From Eledone cirrhosa (taxonomy: Eukaryota): 64,000 bases of DNA. The first letter of the stretch is position 1, and the number at the start of each line of letters is the position of its first letter. This document shows positions 39,003-52,535 of the stretch, in pieces. The notes beneath the pieces are model-generated. The model made no database searches. It was not told the origin of the DNA and worked only from the letters and a program-made list of their open reading frames with translations. A program made the position numbers and the translations under genes. The stretch lies in NCBI GenBank assembly GCA_964016885.1, contig OZ024747.1, positions 78,306,001 through 78,370,000 of the forward strand, in the 5' to 3' direction.

Positions 39003-42000
39003 ATGGCTGTCTTAAGAGTAGGTTGTCTAAATGCGCGTGGCCTGGGCTCACCTTGGAAGCAAGCTAAACTTCTAAGTGACCTCAGGTCACAATGTATAAA
39101 TGTGATGGTTATTTGCGAGGCCCGGATCAGCAGCATGCGACAGCTAGCCCCCACCTTTGATGACTTTGAGATGCACGCATCTCTCTGTCAGCCCGGAGGT
39201 GGGGGTGGGGTTGTCGTTCTGCTGCAAAAACATCTGGGTCTCGCTACACAGATGGTACACTTGGACCCGGAGGGTCGACTCGTGGTTCTGGACCTTGGCA
39301 ATGGTGAAGGCAAAGCTTTTAGGCTTGTCGCCGTATACGCCCCTTTTGGGGCAATGCGGTCGGACTTCTTCCATCGTCTGGAGACTTTTCTAGGGACGTC
39401 CCGCTCCTTGCTTTTAGTGGGGGACTGGAATGGTATCCTAGATGCACGTTGGGACTATGTAGGGGCATGTCCCGATAGAGGGGGGTGTAACAGCCTTAAG
39501 GGGTTAATCGGCCAATTTGACCTGGCCGATAGATACCGACTAGATTTTCCGACTGTGCCAATCTGGACTTGGTCAAATAACAGTGGTCAATCTAGATCGT
39601 ACCTAGATAGGTTCTTAGTTAGAATTAAGGATAGGGACTTTTTAAGTTGTCCAGAAATGCTCATGGTGGGCTATTCAGACCACAAGTTAGTGACCTGCAT
39701 AGTCCACCTTGATAGAACGCATAGGCAGGGGCCCGGTTACTGGAAGCTCAACTTGTCCTTACCAGCAAGTAGAGCTTACAGACAGGGACCGGATTAGAAC
39801 CTTAGTTAAGGAGCGGTTGACGGGCGCCATCGTCAACAACAGGTGGTGGGGCTCTCTAAAAAGAGAGATTAGAGTAGTTTCAATAGGAGTTAGTAAGGAG
39901 TTAGCCTCAGATAGAAATAGGAAGGAAAGGGAGTTGGTAGTTAATGTTGAAGAGGCAATGAGAAGCGGCAACGTGGCCAGAGCGCAAGCGTCGAGAACGG
40001 TCTTGAACCAGTTCTTCGACGCGAAACACGAAGGCTGCGTTGTCCGAAGCAAAATACGTGCTCTGGGAAACGAGGGGATCAAAGCTGTTAGCTGGGCCCG
40101 CATGACAGAAGCGAAAAGTGGGATTAAATCCACTATCCGGTCTTTGCGAGACCAGGATGGACGGTTGATCCTTGAACCTAAGCAAATGTGCGAGGCCTTT
40201 CAAAGGCACTTTTCCCGATTGTTCGGGAGGGGCGGGGGGCCGGTTGGGGATGTGGATTTCGGTCCATACCTCGACGGACTGCCGCGTCTTTCGGACAAGG
40301 AGGCGATGTCCTGTGACGGGCCGATCTCAGCTGCTGAAATAGGGGACGTGCTGAGCCTATGCAGCAAACGCAAATCTCCAGGGCTCGATGGTCTGCCCTA
40401 CGAACTATATCTAGCTATGCCGGACTTGTTCCCCGATCTCCTCGAGGCGGTCTACTGCAACTGGCAACAGAACGGGAGAATTCCCTGTTCTGTGACCAAG
40501 GGCGTAGTCTCGCTAGTGAGGAAGGACGAGAACAAGGGGGATGACATTAGTAATTTTAGGCCCATAACTCTGCTAAATGCAGAGTTCAAGATTTTGGCCA
40601 AGGTGTTAGCGAAGAGGTTAGCAGTTGTCGTGGGGGTCCTGGTGGGAGATGCGCAGACATGCGCTATCCCGTCCAGGTCCATCCACGACAACCTCCACCT
40701 CATGCAATACATCATAGAGAGGGTTGGGAACGAACCCGGCTTTGGTGGGGCCCTGATAAATTTAGATCAGTCTAAAGCGTTCGATAGGGTGGACCATGGT
40801 TACCTGGATGCGGTGCTAGCGGCGGCTGGATCACTGCCATGCACAGCAGCCACATCTGCTCTAGAGTCAAGGTGAACGGCTACCTTTCGGAGCCGTTCGA
40901 AATCACCCGCTCCATCCGACAGAGATGCCCTCTCTCCTCCCTTCTGTATGTATTGGCTCTCGAGCCACTACTGCGGAAGTTGGAGTTGTTGCAAGGCATC
41001 CCTTTGGAACCGGGATTGCGCAAAGCGGTGTCGGCCTACGCCGATGACGTAACAGTAATGGTGTCGACCACCTCGGAAATCGAGGCAATCGGCACCTTAC
41101 TGGAGGAGTACGAAAGGTTGACAGGGGCTAAGCTGAACCGGGACAAGTCAGTCGCTTTGCAACTCGGTGAGTGGAGGGGCAAAGCGATGTCATGCGACGG
41201 TATCGTCGGATGGTGGACGGAGGGCCCAGTGAAGTTGCTTGGGGTCTGGTTCGGACCGGACCTCCAGGTGGAGAAAAACTGGGGTGAGGTGACGAATAGG
41301 GTGTTTGCACTGACCCAGAAGTGGGCCGAGTGCAAACTATCCCTGAAAGGTCGGGCGGAGGTGGCGAACGCTTACATAGCGTCCGTCATCTATTACCGCT
41401 TGACTGTCGTGCCTTGCCCGGGTGAGATCCTCGCCAAAATGGAGCGCGCCCTCTTTTATTTCCTTTGGAAAAAGAGGTCTCCTCTGGTGAGGAGATCCAT
41501 CTGCTGTCAACACCCTTTGAAAGGAGGGCTGGGGATGCCGTGGCTAAAAATGCGTAAACACGCATTGAGGCTAAGGCACCTCCAGGTATTCCTCACCGGT
41601 CAACCGGTGTGGGCCCCATTTGTGAGGCAAGCCTTCCCGAGGCTCGTCTCGCTCACTGAGCTGCAGTCCTGGGTGAAGCAAAGACCGAGAAAACTGGGCG
41701 ACTGACACACCGAGTGTGCCCAGGCGCTCACGGCTCTCTGGCAGGCGGACCCGGCTATTGACAGAGACTCCACCTCGTCATTCTATAGAGGGCTGGTGGT
41801 TAGCGGGTGCAACGACGCCCTCGGAGAAACCCTAGGCATGGAGGAGGACGAACTGGCCAGTCTATTCGGTAGGACTTTCGGCCCGGGACCTATGGACAAC
41901 TTCCAGAAGTCCTTGGCCTGGCAGTGCTACCGAGGGACTCTTCCCGTTCGGGATAAGCTCTACAGACACGGGCGCCCGGGTAGGGACCCCTCGAAAAAGA

Positions 42001-42420
42001 TCTGTCCCAGATGCGTGCGCGACGAGGAAACCGTCGCACACGCATTGGTGCACTGCCCGGGCGTTGCCGATCTGTGGGGCTATGTCGAACAACTGCTGTC
42101 ACGGGTGGGACCAATTAGGTTGACCACCGAGTCCATTGTAACGATCAAGCCGCCTCCCCCCTTCAAAAATGAAGGAGAGGCGGTCTTCCTCTGTGTAATA
42201 GCCATGGTAAAAGAGGTTATATGGTGGACGCGTCTGAAAGGGCTGAGGTCGGACACCTTTCTCTCCGGCCAACAACTGGTCCTTTTCTTCCGATACCATT
42301 TCGGAAGAAGGATCAGGATGGAGAGAGAGGTGCTCCACTCCAGCCAGTTTTATGAAAGGTGGGTGAAAGTTGCGAGAATGGCCCGTGTGAATGGGCTACT
42401 CTCTACCTCAGCCTGTAGGT
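39003..42420 (+). pseudogene. Tx1-like ORF2 (APE endonuclease, reverse transcriptase, C-terminal CCHC), frameshifted
   Basis: Motifs CLNARGL, GDWN, SYLDR, SDH, GPGYWKLN, KSPGLDGLP, FRPITLLN, LDQSKAFDRV, AYADD and CPRC...H...CP, spread over four ORF pieces. Confidence 0.93.
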
Positions 42421-43019
42421 GGAAAATGAAGAAGGGAGCACCCTCTCTTTGTGCTCCTGTGGAGAAGAGTCGCACATTTTTTCGTGGGTGTGTGTGACCC
42501 CAAAACGATCCCTCTCTATTGAGGACCTTCTTGTTACTATTTTGTTTGTTATATTTTTCTTACTCGATTTTTATGTAAACTCCCCCCACCCATGTACATG
42601 TCCCTTTCTTTTGTGCCTTAGTGGCAAATAAACAGAAATTTGTCTGTGTCTGTCTGTCTGTCTATCTGTCAGTGTCTCTCTCTCTCATGAGGTTGGTCAA
42701 CACTAATTAGGGGTCAGGACAACTTGACCATCAGCCACTGTGGTTTTGTTCATCAACATATCAACATCAGTGATAATCTTTCAAAAAGGAAAATCTAAAT
42801 TTCATGGAGGGAATACAATCGAGTATCTTACATAGATTGTCATATTTACCCATTGAAACCTTGTCACCAAACATGTTCACAAGTTGTGATAGAAAACAGA
42901 TAAATGTAGTTCATCTTATTTTAGCAATCATTTAGTTTTGTGGAAGAAAAATGATAATTCTTTGATGAATAAATATTGATGGTGATAACTTAGCTTTTGG
43001 TTGGTGAGAAAGTCTTCAC

Positions 43020-43722
43020 TTAAACCTTTAGCATTTAAACTGGGTGTATTCAGCTAGAATTCTCTCACCTCTTTTTGTTCAAACTGGCTGTAACCAGCTG
43101 CTCATGCCGACGTTGAGGTATTGTTCTCAAAATAAATAATATCAAAATCTCATATTATGTGAGATAATTATGTGAGTTAAAACCTTTACCATGAAAATAC
43201 AATGGTAAATATAGAGTAATGTAAATGCTAAAAGGCTAACCCTTTTGATACCAAACCACCCCTGGTTCTATGATATAAAACTGCATTTTAAAGAGTTTTA
43301 AATGTTTATGTTAAAACCTTTCATAATAATTTGAACTTCTTATCAAGTAATGTTCCAAACTCCCAGCTTAATAATGAGTAAGTTATATCTCTCCAAATTA
43401 TTAATTACTTTCAAAATTATTTGAAACACATATATAGTGTTTTTCAGATCCACACAATACATGCCAGGACAGTCCATCATCTCCGATGGAAAATAGAAAT
43501 CATCCCAGCATGTGACTGTGGGGACCCTGACCAGACAATACTGCATGAAGTTCAGGATTGCCCCCCCCCAGATGTTTTCCCAGCAGTCTGGAGGCAATCT
43601 ATAGTACTACAAACTACACTATAGTCTGGCTCACCAATCTTGATTTGTCTCTCTAACCATTGTGTATGTCATACGACAAGAAGAAGTGTTTTTCATTAGA
43701 AATATGGTAACAAAAGGGTTAA
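43020..43722. mobile_element. Two adjacent TTAA-type MITEs (43020-43240 and 43237-43722)
   Basis: Termini CCTTTAGCATTTA/TAAATGCTAAAAGG and CCCTTTTGATACCA/TGGTAACAAAAGGGTTAA. Similar ends occur at ~281-507, 7792-8042, 30846, 31225 and 36211-36905. Confidence 0.65.
43447..43684 (+). mobile_element. 3' end of a LINE with C-terminal CCHC (Ingi/Vingi-like), inserted in a MITE
   Basis: CDCGDPDQTILHEVQDCP, tail CATACGACAAGAAGA and an 11-bp TSD AGTGTTTTTCA (43436-43446 and 43685-43695). Confidence 0.65.
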
Positions 43723-43782
43723 TTTTTTTTCTACTTTAATGATTTTATTAGTAAATAACTTGCTTCGAGGTTATTGTAATAA

Positions 43783-45230
43783 CTGTTTCTACTTTTGGCA
43801 CAAGGCCAGCAATTACCCAGTACATTACTGGTACTTTATTTTATCGACGCCGTAAGGATGAAAGGCAAAGTTAACCTCGGCGGGATTTGAACTCAGAATG
43901 GCAAGGGCCGTAACTCTATGCGTCAAAGCATGGCGTCCGACCCTCTACCGATACTGCCAATTCAGGAAAAACAACAAAGAGTCCCAACAGAACTGTGTGT
44001 TATGTTTGTGTGAATGGCATAGTAGTGTGTGGCTCATACATTTTTATTTATTTACATTTATCAAATGGTTAAGTCATCTATAAGTACATCAATATACACT
44101 CTTGACAGATGCAATATGTCCGAACATGGAAGAGCTGAACTCCCACCTTCATCACTCCCATCTCTCTCGTCCTCCCCATCTCTCTGTATAGTGAGCAAAT
44201 GGGGTCCCAGGTGCTGGCTGCCCCACAGCCCCAGTGGATAAATTATAGGGTTAATTATAGCTCCAGTTGGTAAGAGTTTTGCACTATTAAACACATTAAT
44301 AGCTGGAATTTGGTAATTCAATTTTTGATTTGCTGCCTTCAGTTGTTCAGTCAAGTGAAACATTTCACTAATTCAGTCAAGGATGAAATTTATAATTAGA
44401 GACACTTCTGTCTGGCAAGAGACTGTTATCTTCCTACTTGACCTCAATCCTTGCAAGAGAGTGTATTCTGCTAAAGGTCAAATACTGGGAGTCATTTAAT
44501 CAACTAATTCACCCACAACTTACCCACTAAAAATAATTGTTTCTATTTTGGCACAAGGCCAGCAATTACTGGTACTTTATTTTATCGACCCTGTAAAGAT
44601 GAAAGGCAAAGTTAACCTCAGCGGGATTTGAACTCAGTCCATAAAGGGACATAACTGTGCTGCAAAGCATGGTGTCCGACCCTCTATCGATACTGCCAAT
44701 CCACTGTAGAGCATTCCTTGGCATTCTGAGTTCAAATCCTGTCAAGGTCAATTTTGCCATTTATCCTCCTGGACAGTGTTGGATTTACCATTGTACTTAG
44801 GTGTGCTCAAGTACAGGGTCCCGTTGCTCAGGATGGTGGAGACCCATCTTCCTGCCCCAAAAATGTTTTACCTCCTTCAGGGCCCAAGTAAGGGGCCTCA
44901 TAACTTAACCAGCACAGGGCCTCATTAGTCCTAAGTCTGGCACTGCTCCCTGAGGCCAATAAAACAAAATACCAGTTAAGTTCTGGGGTTGATTTAATTG
45001 ACTATACCCTCTTTCTTGTGCAAATATTTTTAATTTAGGTGGAAGGCCAGGAAATTTTGGGTAAGGACAAAATGGATTAAATCCACTCCAATGCAGGACT
45101 TGTACTTTATTTTATCGACACTGAAAGGATGAAAGGCAAGGTTGACCTGGGATTTGAACTCAGAATGTAAAGAACCAGAACAAATAATTCAATGGTATTT
45201 TATCTGATAATCTACTAATTCTACCAATCC
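43783..45230. mobile_element. Several SINE copies (43783-43962 -, 44532-44702 -, 44725-45010 +, 45035-45230 -)
   Basis: Same family core. Confidence 0.75.
44774..44945. mobile_element. hAT MITE inserted within a SINE
   Basis: TIRs CAGTGTTGGATTTA/TAAGTCTGGCACTG and an 8-bp TSD CTCCTGGA/CTCCCTGA; the SINE core continues on both sides. Confidence 0.65.
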
Positions 45231-45603
45231 AAGCCCCTCCTCTATGCTAATATTAGTAATCAATGTTTAAAGTGGTAGCTATGTAATAAATATCTTCCTG
45301 CTAACTATACCCATTTGATTAAATATCCTGAAACATGTTCAACAACATTTCTCAGAACAAATAATATTTGTAAAACCTAAAACTCAAACAAATCAAAAGA
45401 ATAAGTTAATTCCAGTTTTACAATGACATCCTCAAACATTGAATTTTTAAAATACTTTTATTGAATAACAGACATGAAGATATGGCCGAGTGGTGGATAA
45501 GTTAGCTTTGTAATCATGAGGTTTTAGGTTCAATCTCACTGTATGGCTTCTTGGGTAAGTGTCTTTATCATAGCTTTGAGTCAACCTAAGCCTACAATAC
45601 TAC

Positions 45604-45604
45604 A

Positions 45605-45696
<92 letters not shown>

Positions 45697-45697
45697 G

Positions 45698-45730
<33 letters not shown>

Positions 45731-45783
45731 GTATATATGTATATATGTATATATATGTATATATGTATATATATGTATATATG

Positions 45784-45863
<80 letters not shown>

Positions 45864-45883
45864 TATATATATATATATATGTG

Positions 45884-45956
<73 letters not shown>

Positions 45957-45967
45957 GTATATATATG

Positions 45968-46000
<33 letters not shown>

Positions 46001-46001
46001 G

Positions 46002-46089
<88 letters not shown>

Positions 46090-46098
46090 TGTATATAG

Positions 46099-46165
<67 letters not shown>

Positions 46166-46619
46166 CATATGTATATATATATATGTATATATATATATAC
46201 ATATGGGAGAGATGATCCCTTAGCCTTTGTCAAGGTAGAATTCTAGGAGAAGGAAAACTCTGATATAACACCTGCAACCCTGATGGTATCCAATGATGTT
46301 GACTTGTTCTTCTTTTTGGTAAATATCATCTTGGTTAAGAGAGTGGGACTGGCTTTGTGCAGTGCCTTTGCTCACTATAAAAGCTTCACGGCACAGGCAT
46401 TGCTTTATATCTGGAGATCTCTCTGCACTTGTCGTCACATGGTACCATGGGCCCAGCACTATGTGTCAGTAATTGTCACAAGTGTAGTGTTTGTACCAGA
46501 GTTTTCAAGTCGTTGGCTGGACTAAAGTCACATTCGTTCAGCGCATCGGTAGGAGTTCTCCTACATGGATATAAAGTAGTGGCCGTACTCGAAAACGAGT
46601 TGGCAGCCACCACCATATG

Positions 46620-46664
<45 letters not shown>

Positions 46665-46785
46665 GTATATATATATATGTATATATATATATGTATATAT
46701 ATATATATGTATATATATATATGTATATATATATATGTATATATATATATGTATATATATGTATATATATATATGTATATATATG

Positions 46786-46884
<99 letters not shown>

Positions 46885-46972
46885 GTATATATATATATGT
46901 ATATATATATATATGTATATATATATATGTATATATATATATGTATATATATATATGTATATATATATATAT
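45604..46972. repeat. Very long (TA)n/(TATG) compound microsatellite split by a retroelement
   Basis: Directly visible. Many further (TA)n, (CA)n, (GA)n, (CAT)n and (TTC)n tracts occur throughout the window. Confidence 0.97.
46206..46615 (+). mobile_element. 5'-truncated copy of the same RTE-derived element
   Basis: Near-identical reverse complement of 33486-33890; embedded in a long (TA)n/(TATG) tract. Confidence 0.75.
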
Positions 46973-46992
46973 TTATTAAAATAACAGATTAA

Positions 46993-47033
46993 AGTTTAAG
47001 CTGCTTTCACCCTTAACGGGATCTTCTGAAACT
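46993..47033 (-). ncRNA. Degenerate minimal hammerhead-like motif
   Basis: AGTTT-CAGAAGA-TCCC GTTAA GGGT-GAAA-GCAGC-TT-AAACT. Stem I is intact but core U4 is changed to A; lies next to a (TA)n tract. Confidence 0.45.
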
Positions 47034-47194
47034 AACAAAGTCAATCTGTAAATGCAGAAGTGAATATTTCAAAAAACGAAAACAGGAAGACGATACTTTG
47101 GTTCGTGGAAACGTTCCCTGGCAAAGAACGGGAAAAAACGAATATAATACGTCATAATTTGGATATTATAAGTGCTGTACATAATGTGTTATAG

Positions 47195-47494
47195 AGGGTG
47201 GTAGGGTGGTAGGGTTGTAGGGTGGTAGGGTGGTAGGGTTGTAGGGTGGCAGGGTGGTAGGGTGACAGGGTTGTAGGGTGGTAGGGTGACAAGGTGGCAG
47301 GGTGGTAGGGTGACAGGGTGACAGGGTGGTAGGGTGACACACACACACATACACACACATACAGAAACACACATACGCAAACACACACACAAACACACAC
47401 ATACACAAACACAAACACACATACACAAACACACATACATACACACACAAACACAATCACACACACGCACACACGCACACACGCACACATACAC

Positions 47495-47540
<46 letters not shown>

Positions 47541-47973
47541 ATACACACGTGTGTGTATATATATACATGTACACACACACGCCTACACCTACACACCTCC
47601 ACACACATTCACCCTACCACCCTACCACCCTGCCACCCTACCACCCTACCACCCTGCCACCCTACCACCCTACCACCCTGTCACTCTACCATATATAATT
47701 GCCAGGTGCAGACTTATGTTTACTTTAAACCAAACATGGTGACGATGTTTCTTCCTTTTCCCTGCAACATTACATCCTAGAACAGGTATAGGCAGCCTGT
47801 CACCCTGTCACCCTGCCACCCTACCACTCTGTCACCCTGTCACTCTGTCACCGTACCACCCTGTCACCCTGTCACCCTGTCATCCTACCACCCAGCCACC
47901 CTGTCACCCTGCCACCCTACCACCCTGCCACTCTGCCACCCTGCCACCCTGCCACTCTTCACCCTGCCACCCT
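47195..47973. repeat. 8-bp AGGGTGGT/AGGGTGAC repeats in opposing orientations
   Basis: G-rich block at 47195-47337 and C-rich blocks at 47610-47690 and 47797-47973. Confidence 0.9.
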
Positions 47974-48114
47974 GTGTGTGTGCGTCTGTGTGTAGTGCAG
48001 ATCTTCTGCCAACAGAATTATCTTGGTTGAGAAATGGTAGTAATGAGGTTTTTACCAAGTTGTCAACACAAAACCTCCAAATATTTTTCTACAGGAGAAC
48101 TTGCAGTCCCAGCA

Positions 48115-49457
48115 TTACACAAGGTCATATCTAATGTCTTGCAGTTATTACTCAAGGTCATATCTAATGTCTTACAGTTATTACTCAAGGTCATATCTAA
48201 TGTATTACAGTTATCACACAAGGTCATATCTAATGTCTTACAGTTATCACACGAGGTCATATCTAATGTACTACAGTTATTACACAAGGTCATATCTAAT
48301 GTCTTACAGTTATTACACAAGGTCATATCTAATGTCTTACAGTTATCACACAAGGTCATATCTAATGTCTTACAGTTATTACTCAAGGTCATATCTAATG
48401 TCTTACAGTTAATACACGAGGTCATATCTAATGTCTTACAGTTATTACACGAGGTCATATCTAATGTACTACAGTTATTACACAAGGTCATAGCTAATGT
48501 CTTACAGTTATTACACAAGGTCATATCTAATGTCTTACAGTTATTACACAAGGTCATATCTAATGTCTTACAGTTATTACTCAAGGTCATATCTAATGTC
48601 TTACAGTTATTACACGAGGTCATATCTAATGTCTTACAGTTATTACACGAGGTCATATCTGATGTCTTACAGTTATTACACAAGGTCATATCTAATGTCT
48701 TACAGTTATCACACAAGGTCATATCTAATGTCTTACAGTTATTACACAAGGTCATATCTAATGTCTTACAGTTAATACACGAGGTCATATCTAATGTCTT
48801 ACAGTTATTACACGAGGTCATATCTAATGTACTACAGTTATCACACAAGGTCATATCTAATGTACTACAGTTATTACACAAGGTCATATCTAATGTCTTA
48901 CAGTTATTACACAAGGTCATATCTAATGTCTTACAGTTATTACACAAGGTCATATCTAATGTCTTACAGTTATTACACAAGGTCATATCTAATGTACTAC
49001 AGTTATTACACAAGGTCATATCTAATGTCTTACAGTTATTACACAAGGTCATATCTAATGTACTACAGTTATTACACAAGGTCATATCTAATGTCTTACA
49101 GTTATTACACAAGGTCATATCTAATGTCTAACAGTTATTACACAAGGTCATATCTAATGTCTTACAGTTATTACTCAAGGTCATATCTAATGTCTTACAG
49201 TTATTACACGAGGTCATATCTAATGTCTTACAGTTATTACACAAGGTCATATCTAATGTCTTACAGTTATTACTCAAGGTCATATCTAATGTCTTACAGT
49301 TATTACACGAGGTCATATCTAATGTCTTACAGTTATTACACAAGGTCATATCTAATGTCTTACAGTTATTACACAAGGTCATATCTAATGTCTTACAGTT
49401 ATTACACAAGGTCATATCTAATGTCTTACAGTTATTACTCAAGGACATATCTAATGT
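48115..49457. repeat. 33-bp minisatellite, ~40 units
   Basis: Unit CACAAGGTCATATCTAATGTCTTACAGTTATTA. Confidence 0.97.
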
Positions 49458-49466
49458 TCTGCTTGT

Positions 49467-50476
49467 TGTGGCTGTAATGTGAACTACAATGACCACCATT
49501 ACTGTGGCTGTAATGTGAACCCTAATGACCACCATTACTGTGGCTGTAATGTGAACTACAATGACCACCATTACTGTTACTGTAATGTGAACTACAATGA
49601 GTACCATTACTGTGGCTGTAACATGAACCACAATGACCACCACTACTGTGGCTGTAACATGAACCACAATGACCACCATTACTGTGGCTGTAATGTGAAC
49701 TACAATGACCACCACTACTGTGACTGTAATGTGAACTACAATGAGTACCATTACTGTGGCTGTAATGTGAACCACAATGCCCACCATTACTGTGGCTGTA
49801 ATGTGAACCCCAATGACCACCATTACTGTGGCTGTAATGTGAACTACAATGACCACCATTACTGTGACTGTAATGTGAACTACAATGACCACCATTACTG
49901 TGGCTGTAATGTGAACCCCAATGACCACCATTACTGTGGCTGTAATGTGAACTACAATGACCACCATTACTGTGACTGTAATGTGAACTACAATGACCAC
50001 CACTACTGTGACTGTAATGTGAACCACAATGACCACCATTACTGTGGCTGTAATGTGAACCACAATGACCACCATTACTGTGGCTGTAATGTGAACCACA
50101 ATGCCCACCATTACTGTGGCTGTAATGTGAACCACAATGACCACCATTACTGTGGCTGTAATATGAACCCCAATGACCACCATTACTGTGGCTGTAATGT
50201 GAACCACAATGACCACCATTACTGTGGCTGTAATGTGAACCACAATGACCACCATTACTGTGGCTGTAATGTGAACCACAATGACCACCATTACTGTGGC
50301 TGTAATGTGAACCACAATGACCACCATTACTGTGGCTGTAATGTGAACCACAATGCCCACCATTACTGTGGCTGTAATGTGAACCACAATGACCACCATT
50401 ACTGTGGCTGTAATGTGAACCACAATGCCCACCATTACTGTGGCTGTAATATGAACCACAATGACCACCATTACTG
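49467..50476. repeat. 36-bp minisatellite, ~28 units
   Basis: Unit GTGGCTGTAATGTGAACCACAATGACCACCATTACT. Confidence 0.97.
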
Positions 50477-51278
50477 TTGCTTAACATATCCCAACATAAG
50501 TCTCCTCTCATGGTAATGAGGTTATTATTTTATATAACTGAGATAGCTTGCAAGATTTCCTCACAGAAATGAACCTTTTGCTCAATTGTCAGCCATGATT
50601 CACATGCATATACACGAGATAATTGTTGTCATGTTCTTTCCCCTTCCTTTCTTATCCTTGCTTATTCCCGAGAGGGTCGTGGAAGAAGAGCCCTCAGACA
50701 CGCCTTCCTGAGGCTCCTATTGGAAGCAACCACCACCAAATGATTTTACTGAATCCGAAGAAAGACCAATTGAGTCTATGGATGATATCGAACCATGATG
50801 CTAATGGTCTAACTACAGGTTACCTACTGATTAGCTTTGCCTATTAAATCTGTCCTGCGATTCTTTCCATTCTAACCATATACTCGCAGTACTGGAGCTG
50901 TAGATCTTGATGTGGAGAAGTAGTAGCTTTACTTGGAGCGACTCCCTGATCTCCAAGCTATGCACACTTATTGAGAAATGTCACTCCAGAAACCCTTCAG
51001 AGGAACCCTATTTCGGCATCTTGTATTCACAATCGGATTCTTTCGGTCACTACCCAAGATGGAGATTAGAAACAAAATATTCTGAATTGACATTGTAACT
51101 TAATTCTGCAACTAAACTGGAAGGCAGGAGGAGATGTGAAGTAAAGTTAGACATCTAAATACTCTCTGTATAATCTTCCTATGAAGAAGAGGATGACAAA
51201 CGTTTGATAGAATTCTGCTCATCTTACTCACTGCCCCTCAATTTATCTGAGATTCATCATCAAATGTGAAGGACACTT

Positions 51279-51561
51279 TTCTAGGTTTAGACCCATAGTC
51301 AGCCATGTCCAACGGGGGCCCTATGAATTATGCAATGTGACCTTCCCTTTTTAAAATGTTAAGGTGTGGATCTGAGGGTGCTTGGAAATGTAACATGAAT
51401 TATAAACAACTCATCCCTAATTAGGACAATATTACCTATCTTATTTTCCTAATTAGGGATGAGTTGTTTATAATTCATGTCACATTTTAAAACGTGAAGG
51501 TCACATTTTATAATTCATAAACCACCTTTGGACATGGCTGACTATGGGTCTAAACTTAGAA
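51279..51561. mobile_element. Fold-back (hairpin) MITE
   Basis: Outer IR TTCTAGGTTTAGACCCATAGTCAGCCATGTCCAA and inner IR ACATGAATTATAAACAACTCATCCCTAATTAGGA; the whole element is nearly palindromic. Confidence 0.75.
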
Positions 51562-52116
51562 ATGTGTTCTACATATTTAACTAATATTTCCCAAGGGAAA
51601 GACAAAAGCTGGTAGAGCTAGACACTAATGTTCCATTGAATATGAACAACCAGATATAAAGTGTCTTGCTTAAGAACACAGAAAAAAGTCTGTCTTGGTA
51701 ATCGAACTCCCAACCTCAAGATTGTAAGTCAAACATTTTAACCCCTAAATCTAAAAACATTATACCCATTAAATGAAAATAAATAAAATAAATAAAACGC
51801 GATGGTAAGGCTGGAACGCTTTTGATCATAGCTCTACTCCAATAGAGTTTACTCAGGGCAAAACAAAAGATAGGATGACATATCAGACTTGGAGGACACG
51901 TAACTCTGAGGAATTACACTGTTCTTGTCCGCACAATGTACTTGTGTTGTCATCTGAAATAATTTTACAGTAAAACTTCAATTACAGATTCATACTTAGA
52001 GAATGTCTTGAATATGGTTAAAGGGAGATAAACAATGTGTATAAGAATAATTAGAGTAATTTCCCTTGTATTTGATTTTGCTGAGGCAACTTCCAGTGTT
52101 ATGATTACAAATATAA

Positions 52117-52194
<78 letters not shown>

Positions 52195-52463
52195 TATGAT
52201 ATTTATATTTGTTGTAATCATATGCAGCTACAGCCATGCGACCTCTGGATCTTCTTGAAACCGAAGAAGAAGCTCAGCGTTATCCACTTTGAGAATATGG
52301 AGTAGTCGAAGGAAGCTGTGACAAACGCCCTGGTAACCTTCAAAGGTTGGTGGAACACAACAAGTGTTGTTGGAGGATCGTACTTGGAGATTAGGGTTTT
52401 ATGTTGATCTGGGTTAAATAATTGACTCTCTAGTAAAAGTCTGAAAACCTCTTGAGTGTGCCT

Positions 52464-52530
<67 letters not shown>

Positions 52531-52535
<5 letters not shown>

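Larger units (their letters stand above)
37071..42640 (+). mobile_element. Near full-length L1/Tx1-clade non-LTR retrotransposon
   Basis: Has a 5'UTR, ORF1, ORF2 (endonuclease-RT-CCHC) and a 3'UTR with AATAAA at ~42627. Both flanks are (TCTG)n-type microsatellite. Confidence 0.92.

Noticed and set aside
45543-46992. Long IYIY-, THTH- and CVCV-type ORFs here and throughout the window
   Set aside because: These are translations of dinucleotide microsatellites that lack stop codons.
48034-50516. 345-447 aa repetitive ORFs
   Set aside because: Open in several frames on both strands simply because the units are multiples of 3; no domain or other coding evidence.
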